Shown here: positions 25,900 to 38,839 of the stretch, one piece after another
Numbering within the stretch: position 1 is the first letter of the stretch
Layout of the letters: the number at the start of each line of letters is the position of its first letter
Assembly: GCF_044704955.1 (NCBI RefSeq)
Contig: NC_091980.1
Span: forward strand, 13,206,001 to 13,270,000
Length of the DNA: 64,000 nucleotides
Reading direction: 5' to 3'
Source of the DNA: Pristiophorus japonicus
Taxonomy: Eukaryota
Notes under the pieces: generated by a model
The model's input: the letters and a program-made list of their open reading frames with translations, nothing else
What the model was told of the DNA's origin: nothing
Database searches by the model: none
Program-made: the position numbers and the translations under genes

Positions 25900-26666
25900 T
25901 AGAAACATAGAAACATAGAAAATAGGTGCAGGAGTGGGCCATTCGGCCCTTCGAGCCTGCACCACCATTCAATATGACCATGGTTGATCATGCACTTCAG
26001 TATCCCATTCCTGCTTTCTCTCCATACTCCTTGATCCCTTTAGCCGTAAGGGCCACATCTAACTCCCTTTTGAATATATCTAATGAACTGGCCACAACAA
26101 CTTTCTGTGGTACAGAATTCCACATGCTCACAACTCTCTGAGTGAAGAAGTTTTTCCTCATCTCGGTCCTAACTGGCTTACCCCTTACCGTTAGACTGTG
26201 ACAGCTGGTTCTGGACCTCCCCAACATCGGGAATATTCTTCCTGCATTTAACCTGTCCAATTCCGTCAGAATTTTATATGTTTCTATGAGATCCCCTCTT
26301 ATTCTTAAATTCCATTGAGTATAAGTCTATCGATCCAGTCTTTCTTCATATGTCAGTCCTGTCATCCCGGGAATCAGTCTGGTAAACCTTCGCTGCACTC
26401 TCTCAGTAGCAAAAATGTCGTTCGTCAGATTAGGAGACCAAAACTGTACACAATATTCAACGTGTGGCCTCACCAAGGCCCTGTATAACTGTCGTAAGGC
26501 CTCCCTGCTCCTGTACTCAAATCCTTTCGCTATGAAGGCCAACATGCCATTTGCCTATTTCACTGCCTGTTGTACCTGTATGCCAACTTTCAATGACTGA
26601 TGTACCATGACACCCAGGTCTCGTTGCAGCTCCCCTTTTACTAATCCGTCACCATTCAGATAATAG
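25900..26666 (-). mobile_element. Young 5'-truncated CR1 with (TTCTATGT)n tail
   Basis: Minus ORFs 25997-26260, 26327-26545 and 26555-26746; tail agaaacatagaaacatagaa at 25901. Confidence 0.92.
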
Positions 26667-27554
26667 AAGTGATAGATAAGAGCAAAAGTTGCACATCTGA
26701 ACTTTTTAATTGCTGTCCCTAATATATCTCGCTCCCAAGGCATCATTTAAATTTCACATTGAGAAGTTCAGTTGTAGTCTTAAGGGTTATAGGAAAGATT
26801 AGGTGAAAATATGAATTAAGTCAAATATTGACTAGAAGATGACAAATCTGGGGGTTTGCAGATTGCCATAGGAAAGAGACTGAAAATATCAAGACATTCC
26901 ACACTTTTGAAGTCTTGTCTGAGACTGAGGTACAATAGGAGATTTTGTGCTTGGAATAAATTTGGGGAGAAGAACGAATGCGTAGCTTTAAACTTGCAGT
27001 TTAGGAGAAGGAAGAAATAGATCTGAGCACTAAAGTAAGCACAGTACAATGGATAAGGTTGGCAGAGAGAAGTTGTGATAAATATAAGAGAGGAAGAACG
27101 GTTTGAGGATAATACTGTAAGAAGGATTACTCTCTGACCATAGCGTTATGGTTATCCCTGATAATAAGTTTGTAATTATTCACAATTAATTATTTCTAAA
27201 TCGTTAACCTGCTTATCCACACGAAAAGAACATGTCCTCAAACGAGCTAACTACAATTTAAATACTTCCTGTAAAACTTTAGGAAATTATAAGGCAGAAA
27301 AAGTGTAACTGATCGCACAACTGCCTCAAAGGAATATGTACGGATGGATCAGCAATTATTAGTGCACTGTTGATTCTGCTCAGAGCACTGTGCCATGCTA
27401 GTTACATATTTGATGTTGGCATAAATTGTAGCAAATATTTATGCTGAATTTTTTTTTATTCTGAAAGAAATACAACGAACGTTTTAGTTTTTACGGAGCA
27501 TAGTGAAGTTAGCATTGGAGAATGGATCTGTCATCCATTTCAAGAAATTCCCAT

Positions 27555-27885
27555 TAGGAAGCAGTCGCAGGTCAAATAAAGCACAGTTTAAATGCAGAGT
27601 GATGCCCATCTTGCTTGTTTGCATAGGTGCCTCAAACTCAGCTTCTAAACACTGACCATAGCATCAGTGTAACATTTCCCATTACTACGCTAGCATTGGT
27701 CCCACTGAGTGAGGCTTTGAAATCAGTGCCAAATTACAGGCAGCATTGTGCAGTGGCATTGCGCCCACTGGTAACTCATTTCACATCAAATTCTTAAATC
27801 CGGAAGAAACAATAACATCATCCCAACAATACCGGTTAAATTACATCTATGTCCTACAAGACAATGTGCTAATTCGCTGTGCCAT
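27555..27885 (-). mobile_element. LF-SINE-like element (unit copy 3)
   Basis: Same conserved blocks as the other copies (cagtgccaaatt, ggcagcattgtgcagtgg, aactcatttcacat). Confidence 0.6.
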
Positions 27886-28494
27886 CTAGTCAATACAACT
27901 GGTTCCATCAGCAGCAGGCAGTGTTCTAACTGTTCACTGTCACAAAACTACTCTCGTGCCAAGCATTGATTTTGGATGTAATCAGAGGAGCACTAAGTAA
28001 AAAAATGTGTTAACAGATAAATATTGAATGAATTAAAATGTGTATTTTTAAAATGAATATTTGCAGTTGGCTATTTATGGTGACTTTTGGAAAATTTACT
28101 GTAAGACAATTCTTGAAAAACAGCCAAGCACAAGAATGGAAAGCTCCAATGTAAAATAATAAAATAGTGCTTTAATTTTTGAATACACAACAATAGATTG
28201 GAAAAAGGATTGGACAGACTCCCCAGCTTTAAGATATGTTGCGTATAGTAATTTTTTTAAATCTACAAGTTCATTTTTTTCACTAAAGCAAAGCTGAAAT
28301 ATGATGGAAATCATGTCAAGGTGCTTTTGTCATTACGCGCTACTAGATAGATTCCAAAACTAAATGGCGAAATGCGCAATATTGCATCGAGTTTTTTTCA
28401 TTTATGAATCTAATGTCTCGGAGAAAATGACAGGAATACTTAGTTTACCATTCAAAACACACAGGTATTTCAAACGCTGTAATGGGCCGGAAGC

Positions 28495-29010
28495 AAAGCG
28501 TGCTGCTGTGTAGCTGAGCAGCGCTATGGGACCTACTATACCAGCACCGACAGTAGGCTCCATATCCTTGGGTATTTCTTGTCGCCACATCTCAGAAGAG
28601 AAGCAGCAATAATCAAAGAAGAAAATCCCGCTCTAGCAAACTCAGATCTGCCTACTAATGATCTCTGGAAGTGGACAAGATGCCTCCTTCAGTCCAAGAA
28701 CCACACCTGGCCAGCGACCGAAATTCTAAAAACTTCAAAACTCTCACCTAAATGCTAGAAGCGACTGATGTGGGAAACCAGCAGGGACACGAATTAGGAG
28801 CTGGTCATAAACCATGGGGACCACACACCTGGCTTTACAATGTCACGTAAAATATAGATCACTCAGACCAGAACTTCATAAGGACACTGCAAACATCTGC
28901 TACAAAAACAGAAGATGAAAGATAACCTGTTGTGCCACTGTGGAGAGACTACTTAATACAATAGATCATCCTATGAACCATTGCTCACTATATTCCTTTC
29001 TCGGAGTAAT
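28495..29010 (+). mobile_element. Ingi/Vingi-like LINE fragment (copy 3, uninterrupted)
   Basis: From 28582 it reads SPHLRREAAIIKEENPALANSDLPTNDLWKWTRCLLQSKNHTW; later PGFTMSRKI*ITQTRTS*GHCKHLLQKQKMKDNLLCHCGET. Confidence 0.6.
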
Positions 29011-29169
29011 AGATTCGTATCACGTAAGGTTATGGAGTAAGCTACAACTTGATCATTCACATTTAATATACCTTTGCAAGCTGAAATACGAAACTAAGAA
29101 GACTAAATGGGGCAACCTTATCAAAGCATTTGGAAGATTTTTTAATTCGAAATTGGACAGTTTAAAATA

Positions 29170-30360
29170 AGAGAATTACTAAAATGACAATATCTATGGT
29201 TATTTCCAAGTTTGCAGATGACATTAAGCTGGGTGGCAGTGCAAGCTGCAAGGAGGATGCTAAGAGGCTGCAGGGTGACTTGGACAGGTTAGGCGGATCG
29301 GCAAATGCATGGCAGATGCAGTATAATGTGGATAAATGTGAGGTTGTCCACTTTGCAAAAACAGGAAGGAAGATCATTATCTGAATGGTGACAGATTAGG
29401 AAAAGGGGAGGTGCAATGAGGCCTGGGTGTTATGGTACATCAGTCACTGAAGGCAAGCATGCAGGTACAGTAGGCAGTAAAGAAAGCAAATGGCATGCTG
29501 GCCTTCATAGCGAGGGGATTTGAGTATAGGAGCAGGGATGTCTTGCTGCAGTTGTACAGGGCCTTGGTGAGACGGCAACTTGAGTATTGTGTGCAGTTTT
29601 GGTCTCCTAATCTGAGGAAGGATGTGCTTGCTATTGAGGAAGTGCAGCAAAGGTTCACCAGACTGATTCTCGGGATGGCAAGACTGACAAATGAGGAAAG
29701 ACTGGATCGGCTAGGCTTATATACACTGGAATTTAGAAGAATAAGATAGGATCTCATCGAAACATATAAAATTCGGACGGGACTGAACAGTTTAGGTGCA
29801 GGAAGTGTTGGGGAAGTCCAGAACCAGGGGACACAGTCTACAGGTAAGGGGTAAGCCATATAGGACCGAGATGAGGAGAATCTTTTTCACCCAGAGAGTT
29901 TGAACCTGTGGAATTCTCTGCCAAAGAAAGTTGTTGAGTCCAGTTCGTTGGACATATTCAAAAGGGAGTTAGATGTGGCCCTTATGGCTAAAGGGATCAG
30001 GGGGTATGGAGAGAAGGCTGGGGTGGAGTACTGAGGTTGAATGATCAGCCATGATCATATTGAATGGTGGTGCAGGCTCGAAGGGCCGAATGGCCTGCTC
30101 CTGCACCTATTTTCTATGTTTCTATACACCATTGCTGCTACTTAGTTTATAGATATGATCAGATTTGAACGCTGAAGAATTACAACTGGGTGAATTTTTT
30201 GTGAATATTTCGGTCAATATTTAGGTATGTAATAATTATCAGCTCGCATTTTGGGGGGATTGTGACCTGAGGAAAGCAATATTTCATAAAATTGTATGTA
30301 TTGTTTTGTGGGCAGAGCATGACTTGTATATTTAATAATTCATAAGAAAAAGTGTTATGC
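29170..30360 (+). pseudogene. Relic protocadherin exon R3 (5' part only), split by the CR1 at 29203-30124
   Basis: ctgaagaattacaactgggtg (EELQLG) and cagctcgc. Flanks of the CR1 rejoin to match R4 at about 38870. Confidence 0.7.
29203..30124 (+). mobile_element. 5'-truncated CR1 (RT FADD to 3' tail)
   Basis: ORFs 29184-29384 (ISKFADD) and 29495-29749; tail ctattttctatgtttcta. Confidence 0.92.
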
Positions 30361-30479
30361 CAGAGGACTGATGGATAGCAAATGTAATATCTATATTTAG
30401 GAAAGGGAGAATACATGTAATAGAATCATATAAACTTACAGCATACAAGGCGACCATTCACCCATCGTGTCCGTGCTGG

Positions 30480-30565
30480 ATTTGTGTGCTGAAGTCACGA
30501 GAGTGGGACATGAACCCACAACCTTCTGACTAATAGGCAAGAGTGGTGTCAATTGACCCACAACT
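30480..30565 (-). mobile_element. tRNA-derived SINE head fragment
   Basis: gtgggacatgaacccacaaccttctgact matches the head of the SINE at 60540-60612. Paralog at about 39235-39320. Confidence 0.6.
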
Positions 30566-30580
30566 TTTTCCTGACTATTC

Positions 30581-32520
30581 AGGGAATTATAGACCAGTCA
30601 GCTTAACACCAATGGCAGGAACAATACTGGAATCACTAGTAATGTTGCAAATAGAAGAACATCGAGAAACTAAAAATATAGTAATGAACAGTCAGCATGG
30701 ATTTCAAGAGGCAAAGTCTTGCTTGACCAAACTCATTAATTTTTTTCAAGAGGTAACAGCGAGAGTAGACAATGACAATGAAGTAGATGTCAGTTATCTA
30801 GATTTTCAAAAGGCCTTCGATAAGGTTACCCATAATAGACTGATGAACAAGATCCGAGAATGTGGAGTCAGGGGACGAGAAACTGAATGGATAGCTAGCT
30901 GGCTTCAAGACAGCATGCAGAGAGTAGTGGTATAGTGTAACTATTCATAGTGGCAGAAGGTGGGTCGTTTTGTTCCACAAGGATCAGTGCTGGAACCTCA
31001 AATTATATTATATTATTTTATGTCATAATATATTATATTATATATATTATATTAACAACAGAGGCAGCTCGAGCCTGGAGCTATTACAGGTTCTATCAAG
31101 AGGACAAAATGAGAAATATAAAGTAATAAAATTATGACATCACATGGATAGAGGGCAGTGATTGCTTCTTTCATATTAATTGAATCGCTGGACAGGGAAT
31201 GAATCTTAAAGAAAGCTAATAACTGATTTAATTTGATCCAATTGCTGATTTGTATAATTTTAACTTAATTTATAATTGTGTTATATATTATTTAGTTTGG
31301 TTTAGTTATAATTAGTCTTTATTAAACTGATTTTACTATTGTGTACTCATTATTGTATTATTTACAATGTAATTCGAATTTGTTTTCACATTTCCCTTCA
31401 GATCCGAGCATTTTACCTCTTTCTACAATTTCTTTTCATGCTTTTTCGCTCGTCTCCTTAATGGGCAATAAACGTATTGTAAAATTGTTGTGAAGCGCCT
31501 TGGGACGTTTTACTACGTTAAAGGCGCTATATGAATAAAAGTTATTATTAGTAATATTATTATTAAGGATTTAGATTTTGGAATCACGAATAAAAATTCT
31601 AAATTTGCAGAAAACACCAAATTGGGGGGAGGTAGGGTCGTCAATACTGAGGGGATGGCAACAAATTACAGGAGGACATTCCGAAACTTGCAGAATGGAC
31701 ATAGAATTGGCAAATTATGTTCAACACAGACAAGTGTGAGGTACTAAATTTTGGTTGGAAGAAAAGGGAGAGCACTCATTAGTTAGAGATTACGAGTCTA
31801 AGTGGGGAAGAGGAACAAATGGATTTAGGAGTACAAATGCACAAATCACTAAAGGTTGCGACACAGGTTCGCAACACCACACAAAAAGCAAATCAAGAAC
31901 TATGGTTTATTTCCAGAGGTATAGAATTGAAATGTTGGGATTTTTTGCCAAACTTGTACTGAAGGACACTTAGCGCACAGTGTACAGTTCTGCTAACCAT
32001 ATTATAAACACAATATAGAGGCACTGGAAAGGGTGCAGAGAAGATGTACATGGATACCACAAATGCGAGGGTATACATACCAGGAAAGGATGAATAAGCT
32101 GGGACACTTTTTGCTTGAACAAAGAAAGCTGAACGGTGACCTAATATTTTAAAGCATGAAAGGTTTTGAGCGAGTGGTTAAAGAGAGAATGCTTCCACTT
32201 ATGCGGAAGAGCATGCCTAGAGGCCATCGATATAAGATAGTCACTAAGAAATCCAATAGGGAATTCAGAAGGATCTTTTTTACCAGAAGAGTGGTGGAAC
32301 TCGCCAGGACAGGGAGTGGATGAAGCGAGTAGTATAGACACATACAAGCAGAGGCCAGACAAGTATATAAGTGGGTCAAGAGAATAGAGGGTTATGCTGA
32401 TAGATTTAGTTGAGGGAAGACAGAAGGAAGCTGGAGTGGAGCATAAACGTCGGCATAGCCTGGTTGGGCTATGCCGTATATGCCGCTTCTATGTCGTATG
32501 GCCTTTGTAATCCTATGTAA
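30581..32520 (+). mobile_element. Old CR1 (RT to 3' end), interrupted at about 31010-31563
   Basis: ORF 30543-30935 (GNYRPVSLT, SQHGF, YLDFQKAFDKV). Paralog of 39330-40680. Confidence 0.85.
31010..31563 (+). mobile_element. AT-rich insertion ending in an L2-type 3' tail
   Basis: gtgaagcgccttgggacgttttactacgttaaaggcgctatat followed by (tat)n is the reverse complement of the L2 tail at 58060-58110. Absent from the paralog near 39745. Confidence 0.65.
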
Positions 32521-33014
32521 TATTGTATTGAAAAAGAGTGGGTATACAGGTATCCGCTGAATTATTGTAACACAAGGTTCCATTTTTGTCACGTTGATGT
32601 CACAGATATGGCAGGTATGAGTAACAGTCCACATCAGAACTTATGTTGCTATTATTGTTCAAAATAGTTACCTTCGAATTTCAAATTTAGACGTCCACTT
32701 GACGTTTCAAGGGTTATATGTAGAATAGCAACAAAGTGAAATGTATTGTTGAGAATATGAGATAAGTCAGGTATTGGCTAAAAGATGCCAAAAATGGGTT
32801 ATCTCAGATTGCAATATCAAAGGGACTGATAAAATCAAGACATTTGCAACTATCGACATTCCGGGTGAGAATGGGTTACAATAGGAGACGATGCAATTGA
32901 CGTGAATTTAGAAATTTGACAGTAATAGACTTGAAGTTTACAAAAAGCAAGCAAAATATCAGAGCACTACAATAAGCACAGTACTATACATACAGTTGAT
33001 AGAAAAGATGTGAT

Positions 33015-33920
33015 GAACATTGGACCAGGAGGAGGCCATTCCGCAGCTCGAGCCTGTACTGCCATTTAATTAGAACATGGCGGATCTGTATAGTATTTCC
33101 ATCTACCCGTTCGACAATCCTTAATAACCTTGCATAACAGAAACATATCATTCTCACTTTTGTAATTTTAATGACACCTCAGCCTCAACAGATTTTTGGC
33201 ACACATTCCCCGATTTCCATCACTCTTTATGTGAGGAATTATCTTCTGACATCATGCCTGAACGAACGAGCTCTACTTTTAAGGTTAGGTCACCTTGTTT
33301 TGGAAACTCCCATCAAAGATCATAGTTTATCTATTTCTACCATGGTAAATGGTTTAATCATCATTAAACAGTTCAATTAGATCACCCCTTCATATTTTAT
33401 ATTCAAGGAAATATAGGCTTAGTCTGTCCAACCTTTTATCATAATGTAATTGTTGTAGCAGCATATCATTCTGGTAAATCTAAACAGCACAATCTCCAAG
33501 GCCAATATATAGCCCTGAAATGAAGTACGCAGGAATCAATGTAATATGTCAGACAGTGTGGATAGCGGTCGGGGCGGGGCTAACTAAACATAGCTGTTTA
33601 TTTGTGTAACATAACTTCCACCACTTTCTATTGGGGCCCTCGTAAGATAAAGGTCAATATTCCATTAGACTTAAAAATTATTGTTTTACCTGCATGTCAG
33701 CTTTTGGTGATTTCTCTACTGGACCCCCACCTTTCACTTCTGGTCCACAGTTCACGACTTTTTGCTATTTAGAAACTACTGTGATATATCTTTCTTCGGT
33801 TCAAAGTGGTAACCTGAAGCTTTCACATATTCATCTGGATCTTCATCAGATTGGTCCACTCACTTCATCAATGAATGTCCCTTTGCTACTTTCTGTTTCC
33901 ATTTAACCTATTAGCTGCGT
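33015..33920 (-). mobile_element. Old degenerate CR1 3' portion
   Basis: Paralog of 22990-23760. Confidence 0.7.
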
Positions 33921-34819
33921 CACCTTACTGAGTGTCTATAGAGCGGTAAAAGGGAAAGGAAGTTAAGTTTGCGGCCAATACTGAGAACAGTATCACCTAA
34001 CATACGCAGGCTTTTAGGGATGACTATTATTTTGTCCCTAAGAATGTATTAGTATTCATTCACAAGTATGTTTTTCAAATTCTTGAAGTCGCTTATCACA
34101 AGAAGATGCCCCCGCATGAGCTAGCTGTATTTTGTCACACGAGTGCATTTAAAATTCAGGATATATTATAAAAAATAATGATTACATTCAGAACTGCCAC
34201 AAAAGCATATATATTGATGGATTTGCAAGTAGTATTTCATTGCTAAATCTGCTCAGTGAGGAACTTATAAGAAAAACACATTTGAGTTTGATTTGGATGT
34301 GCAAACATCTGCTGAAGTATTGAAGCACAAGGTTCCTCCTTTGTCTAGTAGGTGGCAGAGAAATGTCAGATATGAGTAAAAGTTTCACAGCTCAATTTCT
34401 TTTTAATTGCTGTCCCCAATATTTATCCCTGGCAAGGCATTATTTGTATTTTACATTATGAAGTTCAGTTATAGGGAAGGGTTGCAGTCAAGATTAGTGA
34501 AAATATGATGTAAATCAAATATTGTCTAGAAGATGCCAAATATGGGGCTTCGCAGATTGCTGTAGGAAAGAGACTGAAAGAATTAAGACATTGCTCACTT
34601 TTCCAGTCCTGGATGAGACTCAGGCAGAATAGAAGGCAGTGTGCTTGGCCTAAATAAGATAGGGTTAATTAGCAATCTCACAGTAAAGGATCGTCTGGGG
34701 CAGAGTGCTCAGAATATACCAAAGAGTCACTTGAGGGTCACTTGCTTATAATGTTGCAATAAATGGTAGGAAGCCTGATGATTGGGAGAGTTTCATAAAC
34801 CAGGAAAAGCTTACCAGAG

Positions 34820-35130
34820 GGGTAAATAACCATGTGGCATAGATTAAAAATAATTAGGGGAAGCTTTGAAAGAGATATGAGGGGCAATGTCTTCAACCAG
34901 AGGGTAGTGGGGGTCTGGAACTCACTGCATGAAACGGTGGTAGAAGCAAAAACCCTCACCACATTTAAAATATACTTGGATGTGCAGATAAAGTGCTGTA
35001 AACTACAGGGCTAAGGACCAAGAGTTGTAAACTGGGATTAGGCTTGGTAGCTCTTCATCAGCCGGTACAGACACGATGGCCAAAATGGCCTCCTTCCATG
35101 ATGTAAATGTCTATGATTCTAAGATTCTAA
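34820..35130 (+). mobile_element. Short CR1 3' end (TTCTATGA-type tail)
   Basis: ORF 34832-35014 (FNQRVVGVWNSL); tail ctatgattctaagattctaa. Confidence 0.85.
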
Positions 35131-35734
35131 CCTCACTAGATTCTAGAACGATCCCAGTGGATTGGAATATAGCAAATGTAACACAGCTGTTCAAGAAAGA
35201 AGTGAGAGAGAAAACATGGAACTACCTGCCAGCCTGACATTAGTCGTTGGGAAAATGCTGGAATTCATTGTTGAGGAAGTGGTATCAGGGCACCTGTAAA
35301 ATCATAACATGATAAGGTTTTATGAAAAGGAAATCGTTTTTGATATTTCTTTTTGGAATGGATATTGGTTTGTTCCAAATAATACGTTTGTATTCATTCA
35401 CAACTAATTCTTCAAATTCTTGAAGTGGCTTATCTGCATCATAAGAACATGCCTTCACAACAGATTGCTTAATTTTTACCCTACAGCAATTACAAATTCA
35501 GGACGTAAGAGAGATAAATAGTGATTATAGGAATAATAGCCACAAAAACATATGTATTGATAGATTTACAAGTAGTACTTTGCTGCTGGAACTGCTCGGT
35601 CAGGAATCTATAAGAAAAAAGTATTTGAGTTTGCTTTGGATGTGCAAAGATCCACCGAAGTAGTGGACCAACAGATTCCATCTTTATCTAGTTTATGGCA
35701 GAGAAATGACAGATATGAATAAAAATTGCTCATG

Positions 35735-36373
35735 TGAACAAAAGTTTAGTATGCAGGTAAATCAAGTGATCAGGAAGGCCAATGGAAACGTGGCATTTAT
35801 TGCTAAGGGGATGGAATATAAAAGCAGGGAAGTCTTGCTACAGTTATACAGGGTATTGATGATGCCACACCTGGAATACTGCGTAGTCTTGGTTTCCATA
35901 TTTACGAAAGGATATACTTGCCTTGGAAGCAGTTCAGAGAAGGTTCACTAGGTTGATTCTCATTAGAATTCAGAAGATTGTGAGTTGATCTTATCGAAAC
36001 GTATAAGATTATGAGGGGGCTTGACAAGGTGGATGCAGAGAGGATGTTTCCACTGATAGGGGACAAAAAAACTAGGGAGCATAATCTTAGAATAAAGGGC
36101 CTCCCATTTAAAACTGAGATGAGGAGCAATGTATTCTCTCAGAGGGTTGTAAATCTATGGAATTTGTTGCCTCAGAGAAGCTGCGACATTGAATAAATTT
36201 CACAGAGATAGACAGTTTCTTAACCGATAAGGGATTAAGGTGTTATGGTGAGCGGGCAGGGAAGTGGACCTGAGTCCATGATTGGATCAGCCATGATTAT
36301 ATTAAATGGCGGAGCAGGCACGAGGGGCCGTATGGCCTTTGGCTGCTCCTATTTCTTATGTTCTTATGTTCTT
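35735..36373 (+). mobile_element. 5'-truncated CR1 with (CTTATGTT)n tail
   Basis: ORFs 35706-35951 and 36011-36196; tail tttcttatgttcttatgttctta. Confidence 0.88.
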
Positions 36374-37239
36374 AATTACTGTCCCTAATATGTATCCCTA
36401 CCAACACGTCATTTAAATTTAACATTGAGAAGTTCAGTTGTAGTCTCAAGGGTAAAACTGAAGATTAGGAGAAAATGCGTTACGTCAGATATTAGCTAGA
36501 TGATGCCAAATCAGGGGGTTCACAGACTGCCATAGGAAAGAGATTGAAATAATCAAGATATTCTACACTTTTGAAGTCCTGCCACGGACTGAGGTACAAT
36601 AGGAGACGGTGCTCTCAGCATAAATTTTGGGAGAAGAACAAATCGGTAGATATATAATTGAAGTTTAGGAGAAGGAGGAAATAGATCAGAACACTAAGGT
36701 AAGCACAGTACAATGGATAATGTTGGCAGAGGGAAGCTGTGATGAACATAAGAGAGGAAGAACAGTTTGGTGATTGTAGTGTAATACGGATCACCTCTCC
36801 AACAATAGCCTTTTTGGGTTAAACATAGTGTTATCACTGATAATAAGTTTGTAATCAATCACAATTAATTATTGCTTAATCTTTAAGTAGCTTATCCGAA
36901 CCATAAGAGCTACAATTTGTTAAAATACTTTCTGTAAAACTTTAGAAACTTGTAAGAGAATAAAGATGTAACTGAATGCACAACTGCCTGAATGGAATAT
37001 GTAAGGAGAAATTAGCAATTATTAATTAATTGCTTATTCTGCTCGGTGCACAGTACTGTGCGAGTTACATATTTGATGTTGGCATAAATTGTAGCAAATA
37101 TTTATGCTGATTTATATCGAATTCTGAAAGAAATACAACTAGCGCTTCAATTTGAAATTCATTGGTGTTTCTGCTTTTTCGGAGCATAGTGGAGTTAGCA
37201 TTGGAAAATTGATCTGTTTTCCATTTGAAGCAATTTTCA

Positions 37240-37585
37240 TTGCGAAGCAATCCCAGGTCAAGTATGGCACCGTTTAAATGGAGAGTGATGCTTATCTTGT
37301 TTGTTTGCATAGGTGCCTCAAACTCATCTTCGAAGCATTGGTCCATAGTATCAATGTAATATTTCACGTTATCAAACTAGCCTTGGCCTCTGTGAGTGAG
37401 ATTTTGAGATTACTGCAAAATTAGAGGCAGCATTGGCATTGCACCCACTGGCAACTGTGCATAGTATGCACAAACTCATTTCACATCAAACTCTTAAATC
37501 TGGAAGAAACAAAATCATCATACCAACAATAACAGTTAAATTAATATATATGTCCTTAAAGTTAACGTGCTAATTTGCTGTGCCA
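37240..37585 (-). mobile_element. LF-SINE-like element (unit copy 4)
   Basis: aagcaatcccaggtcaag...gtgcctcaaac...ccttggcctct...aaactcatttcacat. Confidence 0.6.
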
Positions 37586-38164
37586 TCTATTCCCTAAAAT
37601 TGGTCTCATCAGAAGCGGAACATGTTCCAACTCTTCACTGTCACAGAACCATTATCACGTCAAGGATAATATTTAAATGAATTTTGATCTAATCAGCAGA
37701 GCAATAACGAAAATAATTGGGTTGAGAGATATGTGTAGAAGGAACTAATATGTTTATTTTCAAAATACATATTTGCAGTGGGTTCTTCTATGGTGTCTTT
37801 CGGAAAATTTACTGCAAGACTATTCTTGAAGAAGTGATTAGTACAAGAATGGAAAGCTCCAGGTTTTATAATAAAATAATGCTGGAATTTTTGAATACAC
37901 AGCAACAGATTTTTACAAAGCATTGCACAGCTATTCCAGCTTTAAGATATGCCGAGAATAGTAATTTATTAAATCTGCGAGTTCTTTTTTTTCACGAAGG
38001 CAAAATGTGATGGAGAACATGATACACTGCCTGATACATTGCAAAAATAAATGGAAAGGTGCGCAATATTGCATAGAGTTTTTCCGCGTAGGAATCTAAT
38101 GTCTTGGAGAAAATGACAGAAATAATCCTTTCAGCATTCAAAATGCTGTAATAAGCAAGAAGAA

Positions 38165-38690
38165 CAGCTGTTGCTCTGCAGCTGAGTAGCGCTACTAGAC
38201 TTATTTCTCCAGCACGGACAGTTAGCTCTATATCCTCTGGCATTTCTTGCCACCACATCTCAGACGAGAAACAGCATTAGTCCGAGAATAATGCACGGTC
38301 TTACAAACTCAGATCGGCCTATTAATGATCTCCAGAAGTGCAAAAGATGGCGCCTTCACTCGAGGAATCACACCTAGCCAGCAACCGAATCCCCGAAAAC
38401 TTCAGAACACTCACATAAATACTTGAGGTGGTTGATTTGGGAAATGAGCGGGACACGAATTAGGAGTTGGTCATGAAACATGTGGATTACCCATGTGGCT
38501 TCACAATGCCATGTACAATATGGATCACTCCGACCAGAACTTCATATGGACGCTAAAACCATCTGCTACAAAAATAGAAGGTGAAGGATAATCTGTTGTG
38601 CGACTGTGGAAAGACTATTCAATAAATGGCAGCATCATGTGACCCATGGCTCACTATAAGTAATAGATTATTTCTCGTAATATTAGATTC
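38165..38690 (+). mobile_element. Ingi/Vingi-like LINE fragment (copy 4)
   Basis: ccaccacatctcagacgagaa (PPHLRRE), ggcttcacaatgcca and ttgtgcgactgtgga (LCDCG). Confidence 0.55.
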
Positions 38691-38839
38691 GTGTCACCTG
38701 AGGCGATTGAGTGAATTACAACTAGAACATCGACATTGAATGTTGCGTTGCAAGCTGAAATACGAAAGAAAGACGACTGAATGGGGGCTTGCATACCGAA
38801 GCCTTTGGAAATATTTATTTTCCGGGAAATTGATTAGTT

